A model generated the notes under the pieces. It saw only the letters and a list, made by a program, of their open reading frames with translations, ran no database searches and was not told the DNA's origin. DNA of 41,745 nt from Vicinamibacteria bacterium. GTDB lineage: Bacteria > Acidobacteriota > Vicinamibacteria > Fen-336 > JAGNNV01. Position numbers and translations under genes: made by a program. Location of the stretch: positions 1-41,745 of the forward strand of contig JAGNNV010000006.1 of NCBI GenBank assembly GCA_017990495.1. Direction: 5' to 3'. Below are positions 18,909-27,597 of the stretch, one piece after another; position 1 is the first letter of the stretch, and each line of letters starts with the position of its first letter.

Positions 18909-20255
18909 TTGATCGCCAGGAAATTCCTTGGAGTTTTTCTCTCCGTCAGCATGGCGCTTCCTTCGGGAGCGACCGCAGCCACCACCGGCGGCACCATCAA
19001 GGGAACCGTCTCCATGGCCGGTCGTGGCCTGAGCGGCCTCGCTTTGACCGTCGTGAACGTCGAGACCGGCCGGCGCTACGCGGTTCGATCGTCCGCGCGT
19101 GGTTCCTTCTCCGCGCTTGTCCCGGCGGGCTCATACGTATTCTCGAGTCCCGGGCGATCCGGGGTTTCCATCGCGCGCGCCCCTCTCTCGGTGGATGTTG
19201 CTTCCGGGAAGGTCGCCTCGGCCAACATCGAAGTGGCCTCGCTCTCCGCGCAGGACCCTTCGGCTGCGGGCGGCACGGCGAACATCAGCCACAGCGCGGC
19301 GAACTGCATCACCGAAGGTGAGTTCACCCTTATCGAGGCGACCTTCTCGCCGCTCGCCTCGGTGGTCAACGGCCGTCTCTACTTCAAGTCCAACCTGAGC
19401 CCCGAGTGGTTCTACACCGAGTTCGAGCGCATCGAACCCTCGGTGCCGGGCGGGCCCACACATCGCGCCTTCATCCCCAAGGTCAACAAGGGCGGCGGGA
19501 TCGAAACCATCGACTACTACATCCAGGTGACGTCCACCGACTTCGCCGAGACCAAGTCCCCGGAGAACCAGGTCAAGGTTGTCGCCGGGGCCCAGGCCTG
19601 CAGCGGGACTCTTGCGCCGATCGGAGCCCCCAACGGCGCGGTTTCAGTCCTCTCCGCTTCCGGCTCCGCGGCGGGTTCCCTGGCCGGCTTCGGCGGAATC
19701 GCGGGCGGCGCCCTGGGTATCGCGGGAATCGCCGCCATTGTCGGCGGCGTGCTGGTCGGCGGTGTGGTCGTCAATGAAGTCTCGAATGACGATCCCACAC
19801 CGACTCCGACTTCAACGCCCACCACGTCCACTCCGACTCCCACACCCGTCCCGACCGCGACTCCGGTCGCCCAGTGTTCGGTGAGCCTCGTGACCAGTCC
19901 CAACGCTCCCGGCGGCGATTGGGGTCCGGCGGGCACCGTCGCTCCGCCGAATACTCCTGGATTGCAGGACGGGCTTGTGCTCTTCTCGTCCCAGCAAAGG
20001 TACTGCACGGTGGCGGTCAACTCTAACGGCGTTCCCGTTCAGGGCAGCCCGTTCAGCGGGACCGCGAACTTCAGCGTCCCGTGTACCGCTCAGGTGTCGT
20101 TCATCGCCACCGCAGCTCCTCCGACCTCCAAGATCGGTCCGCTTCCGGCCAATTGGGGCGGCGATTGTGGCGGCGGTTCGGCGCTTGGCAACCCCTGCCA
20201 GTTCTCGCCGATCAGCACCCCGAAGAGCATCAGCCTGACCTGCGCCACCCGCTAG
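18909..20255 (+). CDS. Secreted hypothetical protein: CarboxypepD_reg-like N-domain, Gly/Ala/Ile/Val-rich hydrophobic segment, Pro/Thr linker, Cys-containing C-domain
   Basis: TTG start 8 nt after AGAGG. Signal peptide, then GTIKGTVSMAGRGLSGLALTVVNVETGRRYAVRSSARGSFSALVPAGSYVFS (carboxypeptidase-regulatory-like fold pattern), PTPTPTSTPTTSTPTPTPVPTATP, and several Cys in the last ~130 aa. Confidence 0.5.
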   Translation: MIARKFLGVFLSVSMALPSGATAATTGGTIKGTVSMAGRGLSGLALTVVNVETGRRYAVRSSARGSFSALVPAGSYVFSSPGRSGVSIARAPLSVDVASGKVASANIEVASLSAQDPSAAGGTANISHSAANCITEGEFTLIEATFSPLASVVNGRLYFKSNLSPEWFYTEFERIEPSVPGGPTHRAFIPKVNKGGGIETIDYYIQVTSTDFAETKSPENQVKVVAGAQACSGTLAPIGAPNGAVSVLSASGSAAGSLAGFGGIAGGALGIAGIAAIVGGVLVGGVVVNEVSNDDPTPTPTSTPTTSTPTPTPVPTATPVAQCSVSLVTSPNAPGGDWGPAGTVAPPNTPGLQDGLVLFSSQQRYCTVAVNSNGVPVQGSPFSGTANFSVPCTAQVSFIATAAPPTSKIGPLPANWGGDCGGGSALGNPCQFSPISTPKSISLTCATR

Positions 20256-20274
20256 TCAACCCGTTCGGACGATG

Positions 20275-20305
20275 AAAAGGCCGACCCTTCGGGTCGGCCT
20301 TTTTA
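20275..20305. terminator. Bidirectional intrinsic terminator between convergent genes
   Basis: AAAAGGCCGACCC-TTC-GGGTCGGCCTTTTT: a 9-bp GC stem flanked by an A-run and a T-run. The T-run overlaps the TAA of the minus-strand FMN reductase gene. Confidence 0.85.
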
Positions 20306-20887
20306 TTGCGCGCTCATGTTCGTGGTTGTCTCGACCAGACGCTTTGCCACCGCGGCGACGGACTTCAGTTGCCGTTCGTCGATGAAGGAACCGTCTTCCT
20401 TGAAGGCCTGGTCGGCCCTGGCCAACGTCACCTGGTCCGGAATCACCAGCACCGTGAGCTTGCTGAGGATGGGCCGGAGGCTGCCGAGGCTCGAGATCGC
20501 GCCGAAAGCTCCGGGCGACGCTCCCATGATCGCGGCTACCTTGCCCCGGAAGGGTTCGAGGCCGCTCCGACCCTCGAATTCACGGCTCAGCCAGTCGATG
20601 GTGTTCTTGAGCAGGGCGGTGACGGAGCCATTGTTCTCGGGTGAGGCGATGAGCAGGCCCTGGTGGGCGAGGAAGAGTTCGCGCAGTTTCACCGCGAAGG
20701 GCGGCATGCCTTCGCGGCTCTCGAGATCGCCGTCGTAGATCGGGATCGGATAGTCGCGCAGATCCACGAGCGTGACCTCGGCCCCCGCCTCGCTCAGGCA
20801 GTGCGCGGCGACGCGAGCGAGTTTCTTGTTGAGCGAGCCCTCGCGGGCGCTGCCCGCGAACACGAGGATCTTCGGTTTGGCGGACAT
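20303..20887 (-). CDS. NADPH-dependent FMN reductase family protein
   Basis: KILVFAGSAREGSLNKKLA followed by LLIASPENNGSVTALLKNTIDWLSR. ATG at 20885-20887 lies 6 nt after GGAGGA. Confidence 0.8.
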   Translation of the reverse strand: MSAKPKILVFAGSAREGSLNKKLARVAAHCLSEAGAEVTLVDLRDYPIPIYDGDLESREGMPPFAVKLRELFLAHQGLLIASPENNGSVTALLKNTIDWLSREFEGRSGLEPFRGKVAAIMGASPGAFGAISSLGSLRPILSKLTVLVIPDQVTLARADQAFKEDGSFIDERQLKSVAAVAKRLVETTTNMSAQ

Positions 20888-20916
20888 TTTGGTTCCTCCG
20901 GTGATGGTGTCAGAGA

Positions 20917-22065
20917 TCACAGATGAGCGAGCAGTGCCTCGACGTCGGCCTCGTCATGGTAGGCCCCGAAGCCGAAGCGAAGGCGGTCGCCGCGATGGTC
21001 GACGATCACGTCCCGCCCGGCCAGGCGCTCGGCGATGACGCCGGCATCCGCGCGTCGGAAGGTCAGGAAGTGGCCCAGCAAGGAGATGCCTTCCGCGGGT
21101 GCGATCAGGTCGGAAGCCGACAACGAAGCGCCGGCCCTGCGCGCCAGGCGCTCGAGGAAAAGGCGCTGCAGGGCCTTCACGTGCGCGTCCACGACGGCGA
21201 TCGAAAGGCCGGAGGACGTATAGAGCCTCGCCACCGCGTTGAACCGATAAAGGCCCACTGGATCGAAGGTCGCGCCCATCATCCGGAAGCCGTCGTTCGA
21301 GAAGCCTACCCGCCTCACCTCGCCCTCCGCGAGTGAACCGAAACCCGCGAACCATCCGGTGTTGCGGGGCCTGCGGTCGAAGCCTCCGGGCACGGCGAGA
21401 AAACACACGCCTTCGCCGCTCTGGGCGTATTTGTATCCGCCGGCCAGGTAGAAGGCGCGGTCGGCCACCGCGCGCAGGGAGGTTTCCACCGCGAAGAAGC
21501 CGTGGTACCCGTCGATGGCCACGAGCGCCTGGAGGGGCGCCTCCTTCACGATGGCCTCCAGATCGCGAACGACGAACCCGGAGTTGAAGAAGACCTGGCT
21601 GAAGAACACGAGGTCGTTGCCCTGGTCGCGGACCGCTTCGATGAATCTCTCGGTGAAGGTAGCGAAGGGCTCGACGGGCACCCGCGTGACCTCGACGGCG
21701 TTCTCCTCCTCGAGGCGGGCTATTTGCCGGGTGAAGCTCAAGAACTCGGAGTCGGTGGTGGTGATCCGCACCTTCCGCGACGCGGGCAGACACGAGAGCA
21801 GACGGACCACGAAGTCGTGGGTGTTGGGAGCAAAGGCGATCTGCCCGGGGCCGGGGAGGTCGAGGGCGTTCGCGATGTGTCGCTGCGCCTCGGGGACCAC
21901 CGACCCGAAGATGTGATCCCATTTCAGATCGGCCAGGCGGGCCGCGTCGTCCCAGGCCTGGATCTGCGCGTCGCGGGTGACGTCGGGCCAGGGGTGATGG
22001 GAATGGGCGGCGAAGTGCAGGCGCCTGGGCGCGGCCTCGAAGAAACGTGAATAGTGGTGCTTCAC
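20917..22065 (-). CDS. Class V aminotransferase-fold PLP enzyme, kynureninase-like
   Basis: FAAHSHHPWPD near the N-terminus and the candidate PLP-lysine context LAGGYKYAQSGEGVCFLAV resemble kynureninase (SYKYLN). The subfamily is not certain. Confidence 0.55.
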   Translation of the reverse strand: MKHHYSRFFEAAPRRLHFAAHSHHPWPDVTRDAQIQAWDDAARLADLKWDHIFGSVVPEAQRHIANALDLPGPGQIAFAPNTHDFVVRLLSCLPASRKVRITTTDSEFLSFTRQIARLEEENAVEVTRVPVEPFATFTERFIEAVRDQGNDLVFFSQVFFNSGFVVRDLEAIVKEAPLQALVAIDGYHGFFAVETSLRAVADRAFYLAGGYKYAQSGEGVCFLAVPGGFDRRPRNTGWFAGFGSLAEGEVRRVGFSNDGFRMMGATFDPVGLYRFNAVARLYTSSGLSIAVVDAHVKALQRLFLERLARRAGASLSASDLIAPAEGISLLGHFLTFRRADAGVIAERLAGRDVIVDHRGDRLRFGFGAYHDEADVEALLAHL

Positions 22066-22107
22066 GAGCGGCTGGTCGCGGTCGATGCGATGATTCGGGG
22101 GAGGTTC

Positions 22108-22860
22108 ATGCGGTCGCCCATTCTCCCCCTAATCGTAGGCGCTATTTCAATCGCGGCCTGTGGTCGGGAGGTCGAACGGGTCCAGCCTGATTCGGCCCTG
22201 GCCTCGGAACTGAAGCTCCTGGAGCGGCAGGTGACCTCGCTCAAGGCCGCCATCGCCGACGCCCAGCGGGGTCAACTGTTCCCGCAAAGTGACATTGCCA
22301 TCGGGGTCTCCGAGGAGGTGGTGCGGTCGGCGGTCTCGCAGGCCTTGCCCATCGAGAAGCCGGTGGGGACGGAATTCATGGCCCGGATCGACCGCGCCCT
22401 GGTGTCATTCCGGGCGATGCAAGGCTCCGTGAAACTCGAAGGCCGGGTTTGGGCAGTGGCTGACCCTGGGACCTACGCCGACCTGGTGCTGTTGGGGGGG
22501 ATCGAGGACGTGGCCATCGACAAGTCGACCGGCGTGTTGAAGGCGGAGATTGTTCTCGACGGCTGGGATGTGAAACGCGCCGCCGCCATCGGCACGGAAT
22601 CGGAGTGGATCAGGGCCCTCGTCGTGGCCGTTGGCGATCGCGGTCTTGCCGCGCTGCGCGATCTCGTTCCCGATGTGCGCATACCCGTGGGCATCGAGCG
22701 GGGCATCGAATTGCCGGGCATTTCCGGCGGCCCGGTCACCATTCCCTCGGGTCGGCTGCCCATGGATGCCACGGTCTCCCGCGTGCTGCCCCTGTCAGGG
22801 CGCCTCTGGGCCATGGTGCGCGTGACCAGCACGGGTTGGGAACGGACGGAGGTCCGATGA
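22108..22860 (+). CDS. Lipoprotein of unknown function (paralog of the next gene)
   Basis: ATG at 22108 after GGGGGAGG. Lipobox LIVGAISIAAC, a short coiled-coil, then a beta-rich domain. Confidence 0.5.
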   Translation: MRSPILPLIVGAISIAACGREVERVQPDSALASELKLLERQVTSLKAAIADAQRGQLFPQSDIAIGVSEEVVRSAVSQALPIEKPVGTEFMARIDRALVSFRAMQGSVKLEGRVWAVADPGTYADLVLLGGIEDVAIDKSTGVLKAEIVLDGWDVKRAAAIGTESEWIRALVVAVGDRGLAALRDLVPDVRIPVGIERGIELPGISGGPVTIPSGRLPMDATVSRVLPLSGRLWAMVRVTSTGWERTEVR

Positions 22861-23891
22861 AGCGTCGGGCTGCTCTCATCCTGGGTGGGTTCGTCACCGC
22901 GAGCGCGGCGCTCCTTGCCCACGCGAAGTCCCTCCCCACGGTGAAGGAAACCACGGCCCGGATCGAGGGGCTGAAGGCCGAGCGGGCGCGCTTGCAGGAC
23001 GAGCTGCGAACGAATCTCTCCGCCGATGCCAGACTCGAGGACGCGCCCGAAGGAGCGGTGCTCATCGGACTGCCCGCGTCGCTCGTCGAATTGATCGTGT
23101 CGGAGGCGCTCACCGGTCCGCTCCGGAATGTGCGCCTTTCGTTGAAGGATGTGGTCAAAGTGGAGCGCAGCGACGAGGTCAAGGCCAGGACGTTTCTGGG
23201 CATGATGACCCTCGGCCGTTACGCTCTCACCGTCAATGTGCGTCAGGTCGATGCGGTGATCCGCCCGGGCAGGCCGGCTCTCACTTTCGGAGCCAATCGA
23301 ATCGGCATCGACCTGCCGGTGCGGGTGGATGCGGGTACGGTGAAGGCCAGCCTGGCCTTCAAATGGGACGGGCGACGGCTCGCGGGCGTGGTGTGCGGAG
23401 ACCTCACCGGCGATCACGATCTCCAGGCCACCGTACCCTCGGTTTCCGCGCGGCTGCGCGGTCGGTTCGACGTTCAGGCGAAGGGCGATCGGCTGATCGT
23501 CAAGCCGGTGATCGCGCCCATCCGTCTGGCTTTCCAGGTGGAGCCCCGGCAGCCCACCTGGGACTTCATCGATGACCTGATCGAGAGCAAGAACGCGGTG
23601 TGCGAGGCCGCGTTGCGCAAGGCTCAGGTGGGTCAGAAGGTGAAGGATCTCGTGGCCCGGGGGTTCAAGGTGACCCTCCCCAATACCTGGCTCCACACCA
23701 TGACCTTGCCCGCCTCTTTCCGCGATACCTTCAACGTTCAGGGCACGAGCGCTGGGGTTGCCATCACGCCCACCGGGGTCTCGGTCACGAAGACGCGGAT
23801 CTGGTACGGCGCGAACCTCAGGCTGAAGACGCAGCGTGGCCGGCCGGGGGCTTTGCCTCCACCTCGCCCCAGCACTCCGGGCCGAGAGTGA
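22857..23891 (+). CDS. Secreted protein of unknown function (paralog of the preceding lipoprotein)
   Basis: ATG overlaps the upstream stop (ATGA). Signal peptide MKRRAALILGGFVTASAALLAHA. Same order of coiled-coil then LIGLPASLVELIVSEALTGPL, compared with AIGVSEEVVRSAVSQALPIEK in the neighbour. Confidence 0.5.
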   Translation: MKRRAALILGGFVTASAALLAHAKSLPTVKETTARIEGLKAERARLQDELRTNLSADARLEDAPEGAVLIGLPASLVELIVSEALTGPLRNVRLSLKDVVKVERSDEVKARTFLGMMTLGRYALTVNVRQVDAVIRPGRPALTFGANRIGIDLPVRVDAGTVKASLAFKWDGRRLAGVVCGDLTGDHDLQATVPSVSARLRGRFDVQAKGDRLIVKPVIAPIRLAFQVEPRQPTWDFIDDLIESKNAVCEAALRKAQVGQKVKDLVARGFKVTLPNTWLHTMTLPASFRDTFNVQGTSAGVAITPTGVSVTKTRIWYGANLRLKTQRGRPGALPPPRPSTPGRE

Positions 23892-25416
23892 ACACGAACG
23901 TGGCGCCTTCGCCTGGCCCCCCGGACTCGGCCCAGATGCGGCCACCATGGGCTTCGACGATCCGCCGCACGAGAGAGAGGCCGACGCCGCTGCCCTCCGC
24001 TCCGGGGTCGAGCTTCTCGAAGATGTTGAAGATGCGTTCGCGATAGGCCGGATCGAGTCCCTGACCGTTGTCCTTCACGAAGAAGGCCCGCTCCGGCTCG
24101 GTGCGCAGCCCGATCTCCACCCGTGGCGACCTTCCCGGGACCACGAACTTGGAGGCGTTCTCGAGCAGGTTCTGGAGGACCTCGACCAATCGCCGCCGAT
24201 CGACCTTGACGGTTGGCAGACCCCTCTCCACCACCACCTCGACGGTCTTTGCGGTCAGCTGGCCCTGGACCAGTTCGATCGCTTCGTGGACCAGGTCGCC
24301 GAAAGCCGCGGCTTCCACGGGGTTCACGATCCGCCCGACGCGTGAAAGCTCGAGCAGGTCGGCCAGCAGCTTCTGCATTTTGTCGGCGGCTCCACTGATG
24401 CGCGCCAGGTCTCTCCGGATCCTCTCTGGAGCGTTCGGCCCGAGTTCGGCCCCGATCATGCCCGCGAAACCCTGGATGGTGACGAGGGGGCTCTTCAAGT
24501 CGTGCGAGACCGTGTAGGTGAACCGCTCCAACTCCGCATTTTTGCGCCCGAGGTCGGCGAGAAGTTCGCTGCGCTCCGCTTCGGCCCGCCGCAGTCGCGC
24601 GGTTTCCTCGCGCAAGGCGGCTTCGTGAGTGCGCACATCCTGCGACATGGTCCGCAGCGCGCGCGCCAGCTCGCCCAGTTCGTCCGCCGATTCGGTGGGC
24701 AGAGGGTGGTCGAGATCGCCCTGGGCGAAGGCGTTGGCCGCGCGGCTCATGTCGGCGAGCGGCCGGCTCAGGGAGCGAGACAGTCGGGAAGACGTGACCG
24801 CGCCGAGAACGGCGCTGAATACGAAAGCGATGACGAAGAGGATGAGCAGTGAAGACCGATGGCGGGTCCACAGGCTGGATGTCTGTTCATCGATACGGCG
24901 CAAGCCGGTCTGGGCCGGATCCTCGGCGAAGGTCACCGCGGCGAAACCGGCGAGGGCGCCTCCTGACTGGATGGCGAAGCGGACCTGGCGTCTTCCCGAC
25001 GCGTCGGCCAGGAGCAGCGCTCCCGAATCGATGGAAGGCCAGACCCCTTCGAGCCGATCACCGAAACTCAGCTTGGCGTCGGTGCCGTCGGTGATGATGC
25101 GGTGGTCCGCGTCCGTCACCAGGAAGTCCCGGACGGGGAGCCAGCGGCGCACCTGAGCGATTTCCTCGTCGAGACGCGCGACGTCGAGTCCGAAGAGAGG
25201 ATTGAAGAGGCGGCCGGCGAGGTACTGGGCGGTGCCGCGCAGCCGCTCTTCCTCGCTCGCGCTCTGCACGGTGGAGATGGCGTTGCGGATCTGGGTCTGG
25301 AGGATGGCGGCCTGGCGGAAGGACACGAACCCTGCGCCCGCGAGGGCGAGGGTGATGCTGCCCAGGGTGAAGGCGGACAGATACACCGCATAACGCCGCC
25401 CCAGTCCGAGCTTCAT
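23818..25416 (-). CDS. Membrane sensor histidine kinase (periplasmic domain-TM-HAMP-HisKA-HATPase)
   Basis: Two TM segments flank a roughly 150-aa loop. H-box FTYTVSHDLKSPL, N/G boxes LLENASKF, DNGQGLD and GSGVGLSLVRRIVEAHGG. Confidence 0.85.
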   Translation of the reverse strand: MKLGLGRRYAVYLSAFTLGSITLALAGAGFVSFRQAAILQTQIRNAISTVQSASEEERLRGTAQYLAGRLFNPLFGLDVARLDEEIAQVRRWLPVRDFLVTDADHRIITDGTDAKLSFGDRLEGVWPSIDSGALLLADASGRRQVRFAIQSGGALAGFAAVTFAEDPAQTGLRRIDEQTSSLWTRHRSSLLILFVIAFVFSAVLGAVTSSRLSRSLSRPLADMSRAANAFAQGDLDHPLPTESADELGELARALRTMSQDVRTHEAALREETARLRRAEAERSELLADLGRKNAELERFTYTVSHDLKSPLVTIQGFAGMIGAELGPNAPERIRRDLARISGAADKMQKLLADLLELSRVGRIVNPVEAAAFGDLVHEAIELVQGQLTAKTVEVVVERGLPTVKVDRRRLVEVLQNLLENASKFVVPGRSPRVEIGLRTEPERAFFVKDNGQGLDPAYRERIFNIFEKLDPGAEGSGVGLSLVRRIVEAHGGRIWAESGGPGEGATFVFTLGPECWGEVEAKPPAGHAASSA

Positions 25417-25417
25417 C

Positions 25418-26341
25418 TCATTGCCCCGAAGCGCTCCGCAGAGCGCGTCTCCACTGCGCGAGTCGGTCCACGTCCCGCGCGGTCAGACGCTCGAAACGGG
25501 TGATGCCATCGGCCTGCTCCAGTGCGCGTTGCCCCGGCGGCTCGTGGTGGAGGTCGAGCAACGCTTCCTCGCTGGCCCGCTGGATGGCGGGATCGATATC
25601 GTCGCGGAAGGAGACGAGGCCTCGGAGCAGAGGCTGGGTCTCGTGGAAGATGACCAGACCGGCCCGCACCTTTTCCGGCAATCGCTTCCAGTCACCTTCG
25701 TTGAAGGCCCCGGCATCCCCCTTGCCCTTGAGTACCCAGATGGCCTGGTTCAGTTCCGCCCCCGCGAAGACATAAAACGCCGCGCTCGGCGGAGCCTTGG
25801 GTTGCCCCGCGGGGAAGAGCCTTATGCCGTTGCGCGCGAGTTCGGCCCGGGGCACCGCGTAGGCGGAGGTGGACCTCGAGGCCTGCAGCACCAGGGTGCG
25901 TCCGCGAAGGTCGCCGAGCGCGGTGATTCCCGTGGTCCGGTTCGTGAAGAAGACGCTGTGGTACTCGCGCTGTTCGCGACGCACGATGGCGAGGCGCGGG
26001 GTGAGCGAGACCAGGCGCTCCTGCTGCAGGTCGAGGGTGACGAACACCGTTTCGCAAACCATGTCCACCTCGCCCTGGGCCAGCAGGCGGGCCAGTTCAG
26101 ACAGGTCGCGGGTGATGATGAGCGGCGCCACCTCAATGCCGCGCGGCGCGAGCTTGAGGCTCAGTTCGCCGAGCAGGCCGGAGTAGACGCGCAGCATGCG
26201 GTCGGGTTCGTTCGCCAGTTCGGCGATCACTCCGAAACGCAGGCGCCTTCTCCCCGTCTCGGCCCTGGCGCGGACGGGTGTTGCGGCGAGAAGCGCCCCT
26301 GCGTACCGCGATCCATGGATGAAGAAGGACCGGCGGTTCAT
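25418..26341 (-). CDS. TAT-signal periplasmic substrate-binding protein, PhnD-like (phosphonate/phosphite-type SBP fold)
   Basis: Internal ATG (26339-26341) gives MNRRSFFIHGSRYAGALLAATPVRARA. The body (LRFGVIAE, HSVFFTNRTTGITALGDLRGRTLVLQASRSTSAY) resembles PhnD-type SBPs. Its stop lies 1 nt before the kinase ATG (TGAGATG). Confidence 0.65.
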   Translation of the reverse strand: MNRRSFFIHGSRYAGALLAATPVRARAETGRRRLRFGVIAELANEPDRMLRVYSGLLGELSLKLAPRGIEVAPLIITRDLSELARLLAQGEVDMVCETVFVTLDLQQERLVSLTPRLAIVRREQREYHSVFFTNRTTGITALGDLRGRTLVLQASRSTSAYAVPRAELARNGIRLFPAGQPKAPPSAAFYVFAGAELNQAIWVLKGKGDAGAFNEGDWKRLPEKVRAGLVIFHETQPLLRGLVSFRDDIDPAIQRASEEALLDLHHEPPGQRALEQADGITRFERLTARDVDRLAQWRRALRSASGQ

Positions 26342-26346
26342 CCGGC

Positions 26347-27546
26347 TCACGCGGTGGTGGCTTTGGGGGGCGGCTTCCTGACCGAGCCGGGCGGGCGGGT
26401 TCCGAGGGCCTGGGGTGAACCGCACAGGAAGCCCTGCAGAAAATCGCATCCGAGATCGACGAGAACGGATTTCTCCTCCTCGGTTTCCACGCCTTCCGCC
26501 ACCAGGGGAATGCCGAAGTCCCGGCACATCGCGGTCATCGAGCGCACCAGGGTGCGGCGGTAGGGATCCTGGTCGATGCCGCGCACGATGGCCATGTCCA
26601 GTTTTACGATGTCGGGGCGGAGGGCGGCGAAGCTGTTGAGGCCCGCGTATCCGGCTCCCATGTCGTCGACCGCGATCCAGAACCCGAGGCTGCGCAGCAC
26701 CGCCACCTTTTCCTTCAGGTTCTTGACTTGATCGATCGAATGCCGCTCGGTCACCTCGAGGATGACCTTGGAGCCCAGGAATCGGAGAGGGTTGTTTTCC
26801 GAGTAGAGGTCTTCGTCGTCGAACTCGAGACTGTGGATGTTGACGAAGATCGCCTGTTCCGGCGGCACGTCGATGCTGGCCGCCACCTGGCGCACCCGCC
26901 GGCCAAGAGAGATCACCCGCCCGAGTTTCTCGGCCGCCTCCACCAGCATGGTGACGCTGGTGAAGCGGTTCGAGACCGACCGGGCCAGCAACTCGACCCC
27001 GAAAACCAGTCCGTCCTTCGCGCCCACGATGGGCTGAGCCGCCATCCACAAGCCGCCGAGCGCTTCGTCGAAGGCCAGTTCCATGCTCGCGTGGTCCCCG
27101 ATGAACTGGGAACGGGGGCGGGTGATGGCGAGGGCTTCGCGGCGCCAGCGCGCGAGGCGTCCGAGGCGCACGGCCTGGTCCATGGTCTCGACGATTTCCG
27201 AAGTGGCCGCGGGCTTTCTCAAGTAGCGCAGGGCCCCGCCTTCCACCGCTTCGATGGCGGTTTCGAGACTGGGGCGGCCGGTCAGTAGAACCACCGGCAT
27301 GTCGAGGTCGCGCGCGCGGATGAGGCGCAGCATCTCGACTCCGGTGAGGCCGGGCATCGAGATGTCGCTGATCACCGCTTCGGCTCCCGCGGAGAGCTTT
27401 TCGAGGGCGGCCTCGCCCGTCTCCGCTTCCTGCACGGTGAACCCCGCGTGGCGAAGACTGTCGGCCACCACGAAGCGGACGTCGGCGTCGTCGTCGACGA
27501 CGAGAATGATTCCCCGATCGCGGGCGGGCGTCTGGTCCGGCATCAC
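26347..27546 (-). CDS. Response regulator receiver-EAL c-di-GMP phosphodiesterase
   Basis: REC (ILVVDDD, ISDISMPGLTG) plus an EAL domain with ELLAR, FVNIH, LEVTER, DDMGAGYAGL, VKLD, AEGVETEEE and LQG all present. Confidence 0.85.
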   Translation of the reverse strand: MMPDQTPARDRGIILVVDDDADVRFVVADSLRHAGFTVQEAETGEAALEKLSAGAEAVISDISMPGLTGVEMLRLIRARDLDMPVVLLTGRPSLETAIEAVEGGALRYLRKPAATSEIVETMDQAVRLGRLARWRREALAITRPRSQFIGDHASMELAFDEALGGLWMAAQPIVGAKDGLVFGVELLARSVSNRFTSVTMLVEAAEKLGRVISLGRRVRQVAASIDVPPEQAIFVNIHSLEFDDEDLYSENNPLRFLGSKVILEVTERHSIDQVKNLKEKVAVLRSLGFWIAVDDMGAGYAGLNSFAALRPDIVKLDMAIVRGIDQDPYRRTLVRSMTAMCRDFGIPLVAEGVETEEEKSVLVDLGCDFLQGFLCGSPQALGTRPPGSVRKPPPKATTA

Positions 27547-27597
27547 TTTGAGTATATGCGGCTCGCCGCACGTCCCTGAGCCTGCCGAAGGGTCGGG

